DNA from: an uncultured bacterium
GTDB taxonomy: Bacteria; Pseudomonadota; Gammaproteobacteria; Burkholderiales; JACQAP01
Reading direction: 5' to 3'
NCBI GenBank assembly: GCA_965233135.1
Contig: CBDDRM010000111.1
Location: 5,602-69,601 of the forward strand
DNA length: 64,000 nt
This document shows positions 21,580 through 31,526 of this stretch, one piece after another. Within the stretch, counting starts at the first letter, position 1, and the number at the start of each line of letters is the position of its first letter. A program made the position numbers and the translations under genes. The notes beneath the pieces are model-generated. The model worked only from the letters and a program-made list of their open reading frames with translations. It was not told where the DNA came from and did no database searches.

Positions 21580-22164
21580 ATGTTCGCGCGAGCGTTTTGC
21601 CAGTTCGCCAATCATCTGCTGGAGCCAGCCGCGTGGGCCCGCGAGAGTCTCGCGGCTCACGCCGGCAAAGTAGTCGCCATCGAAATGTTTCCCGTGCGGC
21701 TGGCCGTCGCGGTCAACGCAACAGGTCTGCTGCAGGCGGCACCGCCGGGGGCGAACGCGGATGCCCGGATCCGTCTGACGCCTGCAACCGCGCTGCAGAT
21801 TCTCGCGCAAGGCGAAGCGGCCTGGCGCCAGGCCGACGTGCAAGGCGATACCGAGTTCGCCGCGACCATTGCCAGGATAGCGGCCAATCTGCCGTGGGAT
21901 TTCGAGGAAGACCTGAGCGGCTTGTTCGGCGATGTTGCCGCGCATCGTCTGGCGCTGGCCGGACGTGCCGCCGCGCATTGGCCGAAACAGGCGGTGCAAG
22001 GCATTACAGGCAACGTTGTCGAGTTTCTGACCGAAGAAAAACACCTGCTGGTCACGCCGTTGCGGGCCGCGGAGTTCGTGCGTGAAGTCGATGATCTGCG
22101 CGATGCGGTGGAGCGTCTCGACAAGCGAGTCGCCCGACTGCGGCGGCAATTGCGCGCCGACTGA
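21580..22164 (+). CDS. ubiJ: Ubiquinone biosynthesis accessory factor UbiJ (SCP2 domain)
   Basis: 194-aa product between ubiE and ubiB. It starts MFARAFCQFANHLLEPAAWAR and has a C-terminal amphipathic helix (DAVERLDKRVARLRRQL). The call rests mainly on synteny and length. Confidence 0.8.
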   Translation: MFARAFCQFANHLLEPAAWARESLAAHAGKVVAIEMFPVRLAVAVNATGLLQAAPPGANADARIRLTPATALQILAQGEAAWRQADVQGDTEFAATIARIAANLPWDFEEDLSGLFGDVAAHRLALAGRAAAHWPKQAVQGITGNVVEFLTEEKHLLVTPLRAAEFVREVDDLRDAVERLDKRVARLRRQLRAD

Positions 22165-22179
22165 AGGGTCGCCTACCCG

Positions 22180-23703
22180 ATGCATTTGTGGCGGCTTCTC
22201 AAAATAATGCGCGTGGCCTTGCGATTCGGGCTGGATGAATTCATTCTGGGTCACGAGCGCGTGCGCGTCCTGCGTCCCCTGCTCTCGGCCGCATTGTTCT
22301 GGCGCCGGCTCGAGCGCCCGCGCGGCGAACGCTTGCGGCTGGCGCTGGAAACGCTTGGACCCATTTTCGTCAAGTTCGGCCAGGTGCTCTCCACGCGTCG
22401 AGACCTGGTGCCGCTCGATATCGCCGATGAACTGGCAAAGTTGCAGGATCGCGTGCCGCCCTTTGCAGCCGAACAGGTGTACCGCACGCTCGAACGCACC
22501 TATCGCTTGCCCGCACACCAGGTTTTCGAGCAGTTCGATCCGGTGGCCGTTGCCAGCGCTTCCGTGGCGCAGGTTCACTTTGCCGTGTTGCCCGGCGGGC
22601 GCGAAGTGGCCGTAAAAGTCTTGCGTCCCGGCATTGCGCCCGTGATTGAAGAGGACGTGGCGCTGCTCAACGTGGCGGCAAGCCTGATCGAGAAACTCTG
22701 GGCAGACGGGCGCCGCCTCAAACCTCGCGAAGTCGTGGCGGAGTTCGAACGGCATTTGCACGACGAACTGGATTTACTCCGGGAAGCGGCGAACGCGAGC
22801 CAGTTGCGACGCAATTTCAGCGATTCGCAGCTATTGCTCGTGCCGGAAGTATTCTGGGATTACTGCGGCAGCGAAGTCATGGTGATGCAACGCATGCTCG
22901 GTACGCCGATCAGCCAGATCGAACGCCTGCGAGCCCAAGGCATCGACGTGCCGAAGCTGGCGCGCGCCGGCGTGGAGATTTTTTTCACCCAGGTATTCCG
23001 CGACGGATTCTTTCATGCCGACATGCATCCCGGAAACATCCTGGTCGCGGCGGACGGGCGATACATTGCGCTCGACTTCGGCATCATGGGGACGCTCAAT
23101 GAGATCGACAAGAATTATCTGGCGCAGAATTTTCTGGCGTTTTTCCGGCGCGACTACCGCCGCGTGGCGCATATACATCTGGAATCCGGATGGATCCCCG
23201 CCGACACGCGAATCGAAGAGTTCGAAACCGCGATTCGCGCGGTTTGCGAGCCCGTATTTGACCGGCCGTTGAAGGAGATCTCATTTGGCAAGGTGTTGCT
23301 GCGACTGTTTCAAACCTCGCGGCGGTTCAATATCGAGATCCAGCCGCAGCTGGTCCTGCTGCAGAAAACCCTGCTGAACATCGAAGGATTGGGCCGCGAT
23401 CTGGATCCTGATCTCGACCTGTGGGCCACCGCCAAGCCTTATCTGGAGCGCTGGATGGCCGAGCAGGTTGGCTGGCGAGGGTTCTTGCACAACATCGGCC
23501 AGGAGGCGCCGCAGTGGAGCGCCATGCTGCCGCAGTTGCCCCGGCTCATTCATCGATCGCTCTCGGAGCCTTCGCCTCGCGCGTTGGAGACGGCCATGGC
23601 GGTACTGCTTGCGAGCCAGCAGCGCAACAACCGGTTGCTTGGCTGGGTACTGGTGGCACTACTGTCGGTCCTGGCGCTGGTCCTCGCACGCGGTTATTTG
23701 TAG
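22180..23703 (+). CDS. ubiB: Ubiquinone biosynthesis regulatory protein kinase UbiB (ABC1/ADCK family)
   Basis: 507 aa with [28 protein letters not shown] and HADMHPGNI motifs. Two C-terminal TM helices. Confidence 0.93.
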   Translation: MHLWRLLKIMRVALRFGLDEFILGHERVRVLRPLLSAALFWRRLERPRGERLRLALETLGPIFVKFGQVLSTRRDLVPLDIADELAKLQDRVPPFAAEQVYRTLERTYRLPAHQVFEQFDPVAVASASVAQVHFAVLPGGREVAVKVLRPGIAPVIEEDVALLNVAASLIEKLWADGRRLKPREVVAEFERHLHDELDLLREAANASQLRRNFSDSQLLLVPEVFWDYCGSEVMVMQRMLGTPISQIERLRAQGIDVPKLARAGVEIFFTQVFRDGFFHADMHPGNILVAADGRYIALDFGIMGTLNEIDKNYLAQNFLAFFRRDYRRVAHIHLESGWIPADTRIEEFETAIRAVCEPVFDRPLKEISFGKVLLRLFQTSRRFNIEIQPQLVLLQKTLLNIEGLGRDLDPDLDLWATAKPYLERWMAEQVGWRGFLHNIGQEAPQWSAMLPQLPRLIHRSLSEPSPRALETAMAVLLASQQRNNRLLGWVLVALLSVLALVLARGYL

Positions 23704-23713
23704 CAGCGCACAA

Positions 23714-23753
23714 CTGTCACCTGCTCGAAATCTGGTATTCATCGCGCTGTAAC
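23714..23753 (+). promoter_or_regulatory. Candidate Pho box upstream of the OprO/P-type porin gene
   Basis: CTGTCAC (23714..23720) and CTGTAAC (23747..23753) are exactly 33 bp (3 x 11) apart, with weaker TTCAT-like 7-mers between them. The TGTAACATT core is shared with the phoB upstream site. Located 80-118 nt upstream of the ATG. Confidence 0.35.
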
Positions 23754-23831
23754 ATTCGAGCACCAGAATCCGACTCCGTCAGCCCCCGCCATCGATTGCG
23801 GCGGCAAGCTTTCAACCTGGAGAACGTTTAA

Positions 23832-25280
23832 ATGGGATTCAAGATCACGGCATCCAAACGCTTATTGCTGGCAACGGCCATCGCCGGCCTGGGCAGTTTC
23901 GCTTCGCCCGCCCTCGCCGATATGGAAACTCTGCTCGACAAGTTGCACGAGAAGGGGGTGTTGAGCGATGAGGATTACCAGCAGATGCGCACCGAGGCGC
24001 GCACCGAGCGGCGCGCACAGGCCCTGAAGGAGGCCAACGAATCGGAGAAAGCGATCAAGAAAGCCGAATCTGCACCATCCGAACTGACCGGAAGGTTCAA
24101 GGACGGCTTTTCCTGGGAGTCTGGCGACAAGGAGAACGCCATCTCGGTCAATGGACGCATCCACGCGGATTACCGCCAGTTCAGCGAGAACTCCTGCGCC
24201 GTGCCGTCTGGATCCGCGCCCGGCACCCCGTGCGCCGCCAACGATAAGGCCGCCAATACATTTGACGTTCGCCGTGCCTATATCGGCATCCAGGGCAGGA
24301 TCGCGGCGGACTGGACATTCGACGTCACTGCGGATGTGGCGCAGACCGGTGCACCCCAGCTCGATGTGGCCTGGATCAACTGGGGCGCTTACAAGAGTGT
24401 GCAGCTGCGCGCAGGGCAGTTCAAGATGCCCATGAGTCTCGAAGAGCAGACCAGTTCGCGCTTCATCGATTTTCAGGAGCGTTCGCTGGTCAATGCTCTG
24501 GTGCCAGCCAAAGAGCGCGGCCTGATGCTCCACGGCACGCCGGCGAGCGGAGTTTTTTACGGCGTTGCGGTCTCCAACGGCGCCGGCAAGAACAGGAACG
24601 AAAGTTCGTCGACAACCGATGGCAAGGACGTCATCGGCCGCGTCGGGGTCAACGTCGCCGAACTGATCGGAAACAAGGATATGGTGCTGCACGCGGCGGC
24701 GGCGTATTCCGATGGCACCGCTAATGGCACGACGGATGCGCCTTACACTGCGCGTACCGAAGCGCGCGGCCTGGAGTTTTTTGCAATTCCTTCAGCCGCG
24801 GCGACCAGGCTCGATCGCACGCGCGAACAGGCGGAAACGTCGCTGGCCTGGAATCAGTTCAAATTGCAAGGGGAATGGATCAAGGCGAATTACTCGACCA
24901 CGACGTTCGATCGCGACATCGATGTCTATTACGCCGAGGTCATGTGGCTGATCACCGGTGAGAAGTATGCCGATGCTTATCGCAATGGTGCTTACGGGGC
25001 GATCAAACCGAATCGTCCTTTCAGGAAGGGCGGGGACGGCTGGGGCGCCTGGGAAGCAGGCGTACGTTATACCGACTTCGATGCCGGTGATTTTCCGATC
25101 GTAGCGGGCCAGTCCAACCAGGCCGATGCCACGACCGTGGCCCTGAAATGGATCCCGAATACCAATACCCGTGTCTACCTGAATTACGTCCAGACCAGTT
25201 TCGACCGCCCGGTCAACGTCGTGGGCGGCACGACAGAGAAGGAAAAAGCCGTGACCGTGCGACTTGGCCTGTTCTTCTGA
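23832..25280 (+). CDS. Phosphate-selective porin O/P family outer membrane protein
   Basis: Signal peptide ending ALA|D and an N-terminal charged coiled-coil segment. Beta-barrel with alternating pattern and terminal ...TVRLGLFF. The family assignment comes from overall resemblance to OprO/OprP-type sequences, not from a search. Confidence 0.8.
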   Translation: MGFKITASKRLLLATAIAGLGSFASPALADMETLLDKLHEKGVLSDEDYQQMRTEARTERRAQALKEANESEKAIKKAESAPSELTGRFKDGFSWESGDKENAISVNGRIHADYRQFSENSCAVPSGSAPGTPCAANDKAANTFDVRRAYIGIQGRIAADWTFDVTADVAQTGAPQLDVAWINWGAYKSVQLRAGQFKMPMSLEEQTSSRFIDFQERSLVNALVPAKERGLMLHGTPASGVFYGVAVSNGAGKNRNESSSTTDGKDVIGRVGVNVAELIGNKDMVLHAAAAYSDGTANGTTDAPYTARTEARGLEFFAIPSAAATRLDRTREQAETSLAWNQFKLQGEWIKANYSTTTFDRDIDVYYAEVMWLITGEKYADAYRNGAYGAIKPNRPFRKGGDGWGAWEAGVRYTDFDAGDFPIVAGQSNQADATTVALKWIPNTNTRVYLNYVQTSFDRPVNVVGGTTEKEKAVTVRLGLFF

Positions 25281-25324
25281 AGCGCTGCCGCCCGCCATCG
25301 GCGGGCAGCTCCGGCAACCCGGCG

Positions 25325-25355
25325 AGCCGCGGATTCCTTCGGGCCCGCGGCTTTG
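25325..25355 (+). terminator. Possible intrinsic terminator after the porin gene
   Basis: AGCCGCGG-(12 nt)-CCGCGGCT followed by TTTG. This is an 8-bp GC stem with only a short T-run. A second imperfect hairpin (GCTGCCGCCCGCC..GGCGGGCAGC) precedes it at about 25283..25310. Confidence 0.3.
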
Positions 25356-25448
25356 TCGTCCACCGGTCGGTTGAAATCGATCCCCCTGGGTTCTCGCGCT
25401 TGCTAGAATTCCGGCTTTTGCCAAAGCTGGCAAAAGCACAGGGTACGC

Positions 25449-26534
25449 ATGGCGCTCCTCGAAATTTGCAATGTTACGCGGCGCTTCGGCGACTTCGTCG
25501 CCGTCGACGACGTCAGCCTGAGTATTGAAGCCGGCGAGTTCTTCACACTGCTGGGACCCTCGGGGTGCGGGAAAACCACGCTGTTGCGCATGATCGCGGG
25601 CTTCGATGTGCCAGACCGCGGCACAATTGTCGTGGACGGGCGCGATATGACCGGCATCGCCCCGGAAGCGCGCAACATCCATACCGTGTTCCAGAGCTAC
25701 GCGCTGTTTCCACACATGAGCGTGGAGCAGAATATTGCCTTCCCGCTGAAGATGGCGAAAGTCGACCCGTCCAAGATTGCCCAGCGCGTCGAGGAGGCAC
25801 TCGAAGACGTGCGTCTGACCGGGATGGGCAAGCGCTATCCCAGCGAACTGTCCGGCGGGCAGAAACAGCGCGTGGCGGTGGCGCGTGCGCTGATCAATCG
25901 GCCGAAGCTGCTGCTGCTCGATGAACCGCTGGCTGCGCTCGATGCCAAGCTCAAGGAAAGTGTGCAACTGGATCTGATCGGCCTGCAGAAGGAAATCGGC
26001 GTCACGTCCGTCTACGTCACGCACGACCAGAGCGAGGCGCTGGCGCTGTCGCACCGCGTCGCGGTCATGAACCACGGACGTGTCGAGCAGGTCGACGAGC
26101 CCTCGCGAATCTACAGCCTGCCGAAGAATCGTTTCGTGGCGGATTTCATCGGTCAATGCAACTTGCTCGAAGGCGAGATAAAGGCTTGTGAGGGCGAGCG
26201 CATGACGGTCGCCTTGTCCGGCATCGGTGACGTGATGGCGATGAATGTCGAAGGCGATGCGCCCGGTTTGAAAGGCGCTTTGGCGCTGCGCCCGGAGAAA
26301 GTCGCCATCGGGCGGGAGTTGCCTGCGGAGCCGCATTTCAACCGGTTCACCGGCAGGGTGCACGATTTTCTGTACCTGGGCGATGTCACGATTTATATCG
26401 TCGAGCTTGCAAAGGGCCAGCGCATCGAGGCCCTGTTGCCCAATTCCACGGCGGGGCGAACTAAATTTTTCGAAGCCGGAGACCCGGTCGAAATAGGCTG
26501 GCGCGACGATGCCGGGCACTTTCTGAACGACTGA
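25449..26534 (+). CDS. potA: Spermidine/putrescine-type ABC transporter ATP-binding protein
   Basis: Walker A GPSGCGKTT, signature LSGGQKQR, Walker B LLLLDEP. C-terminal TOBE-like regulatory domain. First gene of a potABCD-ordered set. Confidence 0.9.
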   Translation: MALLEICNVTRRFGDFVAVDDVSLSIEAGEFFTLLGPSGCGKTTLLRMIAGFDVPDRGTIVVDGRDMTGIAPEARNIHTVFQSYALFPHMSVEQNIAFPLKMAKVDPSKIAQRVEEALEDVRLTGMGKRYPSELSGGQKQRVAVARALINRPKLLLLDEPLAALDAKLKESVQLDLIGLQKEIGVTSVYVTHDQSEALALSHRVAVMNHGRVEQVDEPSRIYSLPKNRFVADFIGQCNLLEGEIKACEGERMTVALSGIGDVMAMNVEGDAPGLKGALALRPEKVAIGRELPAEPHFNRFTGRVHDFLYLGDVTIYIVELAKGQRIEALLPNSTAGRTKFFEAGDPVEIGWRDDAGHFLND

Positions 26535-26543
26535 ACGGCGGCC

Positions 26544-27428
26544 ATGCGACGCAACTCCCTGCACAAATGGCTGATCGGCGGACCGCCGCTTGCCTACCTG
26601 CTGGTGTTCTTTGCCATTCCCGTGCTGATCATGGTGCTCGCGTCACTACGCAACCCGGGCGAGTTTGGCGGCCTGGCGCCGCTTATCAGCGAGGAATCCG
26701 GCGCGCCGCGCCTGGATTTGACGAGCGAGAACTACGCGCGGTTCTTCTCCGATTTCCTGTACGTCGGGCTGTTTCTCAAGTCGCTGACCTACGCCGCGAT
26801 CACGACCGTGGTCTGTCTGATCATCGCCTATCCGCTGGCCATGCTGATCGCGCGCAGTGCGAAGCGCCATCGTGATCTGCTCGTGTTGCTGGTGATTCTG
26901 CCGTTCTGGTCCAATTTTCTGATTCGCGTCTACGCATGGATGATCATCCTCGGACCGCAATCGGTGTTCGTGACGGCGTTGAACAACCTGCTGCAGTGGG
27001 CCGGGGCGGAACCGGTCAGTCTGCTCTACACGCCGTTTGCGGTCATCGTGGGCCTGGTCTACGTGCATCTGCCCTTCATGGTACTGCCGCTCTATGCGAA
27101 TCTCGAGAAACACGATCCGGCATTGCTTGATGCTGCCCAGGATCTTGGCGCCAACGCGTGGTGGCGTTTCTGGCGCGTGACCTTTCCACTTTCCCTGCCC
27201 GGCGTCTACGCCGGAGCCGCGCTGGTTTTCATTCCCGCACTGGGCATCTTCGCGATCCCCGACATTCTTGGCGGCACCGACGGCATCATGATCGGCAACG
27301 TCATCAAGCAGCAATTCCTCGATACGCGCGACTGGCCCTTCGGCAGCGTTCTTTCCATGGTGCTTACCGTCATGGCTGTCATGATCGCCGGGCTGGCAGC
27401 CTGGACCGCCAGGCGCTCCAGCACATGA
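26544..27428 (+). CDS. potB: Polyamine-type ABC transporter permease
   Basis: 294-aa six-TM permease with an EAA-like loop (LLDAAQDLGANAWWRFWRVTFPL). Confidence 0.88.
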   Translation: MRRNSLHKWLIGGPPLAYLLVFFAIPVLIMVLASLRNPGEFGGLAPLISEESGAPRLDLTSENYARFFSDFLYVGLFLKSLTYAAITTVVCLIIAYPLAMLIARSAKRHRDLLVLLVILPFWSNFLIRVYAWMIILGPQSVFVTALNNLLQWAGAEPVSLLYTPFAVIVGLVYVHLPFMVLPLYANLEKHDPALLDAAQDLGANAWWRFWRVTFPLSLPGVYAGAALVFIPALGIFAIPDILGGTDGIMIGNVIKQQFLDTRDWPFGSVLSMVLTVMAVMIAGLAAWTARRSST

Positions 27429-28198
27429 ATCGACGTTCGCGCGCATTGTGGGCGGCGGCAGTTTTTGCCTACGTGTTCCTGTACGCGCCGCTGGTGATCG
27501 TCGTAATCTATTCCTTCAACGATTCGCGCCTGAATGCGCAGTGGGTGGGCTTCACCCTGTCGTGGTACGAGAAGGTTTTTCACAACGAGAAAATGTTGCG
27601 CGCGGCGTGGAATTCGCTGCTGATCGGCGTTACGGCGAGCGCGGTAGCCACCGTGCTGGGCACGATGGCGGGCTATGCCATGTATCGATTCCGCGTGCGT
27701 CTTTTGCCGCTGTTAGTGCTGGCGCCGATCGCCATTCCCGAAATCCTGATGGGTGTCTCGTTACTGATCTTTTTCGTATTGCTGAATATCAAACTCGGGA
27801 TGATCTCGATCATCTTGTCGCACATAGCGTTTTGCATCGGCTTCGTCGCCGTGGTCGTGCGTTCGCGCCTGGCCGGCATGGACGAAAGCCTTACCGAGGC
27901 AGCGCGCGACCTCGGCGCCACCCCCTGGCAAGCGTTCCGCCTGGTGACGTTGCCGCTCATCATGCCCGGCGTCGTAGCAGGGGCTCTGATGGCGTTCACG
28001 CTGTCCATCGACGATTTCGTGATCACGTTCTTTACCGCAGGTGTGGGTTCGACCACGCTGCCGTTGCAGATTTACACGATGGTAAAGATTTCCGTCACGC
28101 CCGAGGTCAATGCCATATCCACCTTGTTGATGGCGCTGACGCTGGCATTGATTCTCATCGCGTCCAGGCTGGCGCCCGGCTCGCTGCGTGCAAAATAG
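27425..28198 (+). CDS. potC: Polyamine-type ABC transporter permease
   Basis: In-frame ATG in an ATGA overlap with the potB stop. EAA loop LTEAARDLGATPWQAFRLVTLPL. 257 aa. Confidence 0.88.
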   Translation: MNRRSRALWAAAVFAYVFLYAPLVIVVIYSFNDSRLNAQWVGFTLSWYEKVFHNEKMLRAAWNSLLIGVTASAVATVLGTMAGYAMYRFRVRLLPLLVLAPIAIPEILMGVSLLIFFVLLNIKLGMISIILSHIAFCIGFVAVVVRSRLAGMDESLTEAARDLGATPWQAFRLVTLPLIMPGVVAGALMAFTLSIDDFVITFFTAGVGSTTLPLQIYTMVKISVTPEVNAISTLLMALTLALILIASRLAPGSLRAK

Positions 28199-28293
28199 AT
28201 CCGGGCGGCGCCTCTGGACGAGCCAGACAGGTTTGCCTAAGCTGAACACCCGGCACGATGAAAAACGCCACTTTGCCAACCCGGAGATCAACC

Positions 28294-29352
28294 ATGAGAA
28301 AACTGCTGTTGTCTGTGCTGTTGTTAGTTAGTCTGCCCGTGATGGCTGCAGAAGAGCTGCATCTGTACAACTGGAACGATTACATCGCCCCTGACGTCGT
28401 CAAAGACTTCGAGCGGCAGTGCAAATGCAAGGTGGTGCAGGATTTTTACGGTGACAACGAGGAACTGGTGGCCAAACTGGCGGCAGGAGCGAAGGGCTAT
28501 GACATCATGATTCCGACCTCCAACTATGTCGCCGGCATGGCGAAGGCGGGCTGGCTGCGCCCGCTCGACAAGAGCAAGCTGCCGAACTTCAAGAATCTGA
28601 TGCCTGCCTACCTGAATACGGAGTTCGACCCGGGAAACAAGTACTCGGTCCCGTATGCCATGTCGATCACGCTGATCGGCTACAACGATTTGAAGATGAA
28701 GGAACTGGGCATCAACGTGGACTCCTGGGCCGTGATATTCGATCCCAAGATCCTGCAGAAGATCAAGAACAAGGTGACGGTGCTCGACAGCCAGTCCGAA
28801 CTCATCGCCGCAGCTCTGAAGTATCTGGGTTATTCGGTCAATGATCGGGACCCGGCACATTGGCAGCAAGCCAAAGAAGTCATTCTGACGGCCAAACCAT
28901 ATTGGGCCGCTTTTATGGCTCAGGGCTACATCAAGGAGCTTGCAACCGGCAACATCTGGGTGGTGCACGGCTATTCGAACGACATTTTTCAGGCCGATGC
29001 AGGCGCACGCGAGGCTAACCAGAAATTCCGCATCCGCCACGCGTTACCGAAGGAGGGTGCCGTGCTGGCGCTCGATGCGATGGTCATCGCGAAGGATGCG
29101 CCGCATCCGGAGCTCGCGCATCGGTTCATCAACTTCATGCTCGAAGGCAAAAATTCCGCCGCGCTGACCAACATTACGGGGTCGGGCAACCCGAACAGCG
29201 AGGCCATGCAGTCGATCAAGCCGGAGATCAAGTCGATCAAGGCAGTATTCCCCGATGCGCAATCGGCCAAACGGCTCGAGCAGCTCAAGGACCTGAACCG
29301 CAAGGAACGCCAGCTGCGCAACCGGATCTGGACCGAGATCAAAGCCAAGTAG
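28294..29352 (+). CDS. potD: Polyamine-type periplasmic substrate-binding protein (PotD/PotF family)
   Basis: Signal peptide MRKLLLSVLLLVSLPVMA|AE followed by LHLYNWNDYIAPDVVKDFE, typical of PotD/F. Start taken at the internal ATG. Confidence 0.88.
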   Translation: MRKLLLSVLLLVSLPVMAAEELHLYNWNDYIAPDVVKDFERQCKCKVVQDFYGDNEELVAKLAAGAKGYDIMIPTSNYVAGMAKAGWLRPLDKSKLPNFKNLMPAYLNTEFDPGNKYSVPYAMSITLIGYNDLKMKELGINVDSWAVIFDPKILQKIKNKVTVLDSQSELIAAALKYLGYSVNDRDPAHWQQAKEVILTAKPYWAAFMAQGYIKELATGNIWVVHGYSNDIFQADAGAREANQKFRIRHALPKEGAVLALDAMVIAKDAPHPELAHRFINFMLEGKNSAALTNITGSGNPNSEAMQSIKPEIKSIKAVFPDAQSAKRLEQLKDLNRKERQLRNRIWTEIKAK

Positions 29353-29385
29353 CGCTCGGCAGGCGCTCGCGGCGCGCCGGCAAAG

Positions 29386-30357
29386 CTAGCGCGCGGTCTT
29401 GGGGGGTGATGGTGATTCTTCCAGCGCCTCCAGCAAGCGGGGCAGTTCGGATTCCGGCAGGCTCTGGATTCCGGCCGCGCGTGCTCTGCCATTGCCCGTG
29501 GCAAACCGCTGCGCGAGCAAATGCATGCTCGCCGGACCCTCCCCGGGTGCGCGCAGGCTGACCTGATAGCCCGCGGCGTTACGCACCAGAACGGCGATGT
29601 TACGACCGGCGTATAGATGTACCAGTTCGTTGGCAAATATGCCGACCACGCGCCGGCTCCAGGCGGCGTCCGGCATGGTAACTACGAGCGCATGGCGGCC
29701 GAGGTGCGTAATCGGCAGCGTCCGCGCAATGCGCAAATCGTTTGCCGCGGCCTGTTTGAGGATATCGAATTCACTGGCCTGAGCGCAGAACGCCAGGGGA
29801 TCAACATAAGGCAGCATGCGTTGATGGAGCGCTGCGGGATCGAAATGCAGGTCGGCAAGCGTGCTGCCATAGGCGTTGTAATTCAGGCCTTCCCCGAGCT
29901 GCCGCAAGGTTTCAATTTCTTCCGAGCCCAGGCCAAGCGCAGTTGCAGCCGCATGGGCCTCAGTGCACAGATTGTCCCCGAACGCGGCCACAATCGCCCA
30001 TGCGCGATAGCGCCCCGAGAGATGACGATCGACGATCAGGCTCGTGCACGTCGAAGCAGAAGGATCGATATGCGCGCTCAGCGCATCATGCGCCGGGATC
30101 TCGCCGGCGAAATGATGATCGAAGTAAACCACGCGCGCCCCGGCGTGCAGAATCGCCAGCAGGGCGGTGCGATTGGTATCGAGCGCGACGTCGAGCACGG
30201 TGAGTTCATCGCCCGCTTCAGCAGGCACGCGCCCGAGCAAGGCGATATCGCGTTTGACGCCGGTGATCAGCGTGGCACGGCGCGGCTCGGCAAGGCGCAA
30301 CTGTTGCAATGCACACAGTCCGTCGGCGTCGCCATTGAAGATGTCATAGAATCGCAT
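29386..30357 (-). CDS. DHH-family phosphoesterase-like protein
   Basis: 323 aa with N-terminal DADG (NGDADGLCAL), D-rich VLDVALD and FDHH motifs arranged as in DHH domain motifs I-III. Function unknown. Confidence 0.7.
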   Translation of the reverse strand: MRFYDIFNGDADGLCALQQLRLAEPRRATLITGVKRDIALLGRVPAEAGDELTVLDVALDTNRTALLAILHAGARVVYFDHHFAGEIPAHDALSAHIDPSASTCTSLIVDRHLSGRYRAWAIVAAFGDNLCTEAHAAATALGLGSEEIETLRQLGEGLNYNAYGSTLADLHFDPAALHQRMLPYVDPLAFCAQASEFDILKQAAANDLRIARTLPITHLGRHALVVTMPDAAWSRRVVGIFANELVHLYAGRNIAVLVRNAAGYQVSLRAPGEGPASMHLLAQRFATGNGRARAAGIQSLPESELPRLLEALEESPSPPKTAR

Positions 30358-30421
30358 GTCGCGCGGCCCGCCAGGATGGACAGTACACGGCCCGGCGCAT
30401 TACCCACATTCCAGGAGCCGT

Positions 30422-31510
30422 TTGCTGCCTTTACCGTCTGCACGCTACGCGCGCAATTCCAGACTGGTTGCCTATCTCAGCGTAGCTTACCTGCTGCTGG
30501 TGGCGTATGCCAGTTTGCACCCGTTTGCCAACTGGCGCGCCCCGAATGACGAGGCCACCCGGTTCCTGTTCGCCGGCTGGCCAGCGTACATCATCGGCTC
30601 GGATGTCATCATCAACGTGCTGGCTTACATACCGCTCGGCCTGCTGCTGACTCTGGTATGGATGGGCCGCTTGCCGCGTTGGGGGGCTGTCAGCGCCGGT
30701 GCGGCGAGCGCAATGCTGTTCAGTCTGGCGATCGAGTTCGCGCAGACCTATCTACCTACGCGCATTTCCTCCAATGTCGATGTGCTGACCAATTCGCTCG
30801 GTGCGTTATGGGGCGGTATCGTTGCCAGTGCCTGGGGGGAACGCTGGGTTTTATCAGGCGAACTGCATCGGTTGCGAGAACGGCATTTCCGGGCCGGCTC
30901 CCGCATCGATGTCGCTTTTGTGCTGTTGGCTTTGTGGCTGCTCACGCAACTCAACGCCGAGAACTGGCTGTTTGGCAACGGCGACCTGCGCCCCTTGTGG
31001 AGCGTCGACGCAGGCGTGCACTATTCCGCCACCGGTTTCCTGCTGCTCGAAGCGGGTGTCGCTGCACTTAATCTGGCCGGCGTCGCGTTCCTGGTGGGCG
31101 CCATTGCCCGATCGTTCGCCGCCGCCGTCGTGGCAGTGATCATGCTGGTCGCGACGGCGCTGATGCTCAAGACGCTCGCCTCCATGGCGTTGTTCATTCC
31201 GGGCAATCCCGGGTTGTGGCTGACGCCCGGCTCGGTGCTTGGATTGCTCGCGGGCCTGATGCTGTGGTTACCGCTGGCTCGAGGCTCAGTGCAACATTCG
31301 TTGCGTGGCGCGGCTGTATGTCTAATCGGCGGGGTACTGATGGTCAATCTCGCTCCCGAGAATCCCTATTTTCTTGCCGCCATGCGCATCCTGCAGCGCG
31401 GGCATTTCCTGCAGTTCAATGCCATGATCGGACTGCTTTCTGCATTGTGGCCTGTGCTGGTGATCGCGTATCTGCTGATAGCGTCACGCGGCAGCCGCGC
31501 ACTGCGCTGA
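30422..31510 (+). CDS. VanZ-like domain membrane protein with an extended polytopic C-terminal region
   Basis: The N-terminal ~130 aa resemble VanZ (SLHPF...VIINVLAYIPLGLLL...FSLAIEFAQTYLPTRISSNVDVLTNSLGALWG). Additional TM helices follow. Start moved to the in-frame TTG at 30422, which is preceded by AGGAG. The track ATG at 30356 overlaps the divergent DHH start codon. Confidence 0.6.
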   Translation: MLPLPSARYARNSRLVAYLSVAYLLLVAYASLHPFANWRAPNDEATRFLFAGWPAYIIGSDVIINVLAYIPLGLLLTLVWMGRLPRWGAVSAGAASAMLFSLAIEFAQTYLPTRISSNVDVLTNSLGALWGGIVASAWGERWVLSGELHRLRERHFRAGSRIDVAFVLLALWLLTQLNAENWLFGNGDLRPLWSVDAGVHYSATGFLLLEAGVAALNLAGVAFLVGAIARSFAAAVVAVIMLVATALMLKTLASMALFIPGNPGLWLTPGSVLGLLAGLMLWLPLARGSVQHSLRGAAVCLIGGVLMVNLAPENPYFLAAMRILQRGHFLQFNAMIGLLSALWPVLVIAYLLIASRGSRALR

Positions 31511-31526
31511 TTTGAAGGAGGCCTCC

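Noticed and set aside
21565-22761. 398-aa minus-strand ORF
   Set aside because: It is antisense to ubiJ and ubiB. It is a shadow frame.
24792-26564. 590-aa minus-strand ORF spanning the porin 3' end, the intergenic region and potA
   Set aside because: It is antisense to two confidently identified genes. It crosses a region with terminator-like hairpins, and its composition is that of a shadow frame.
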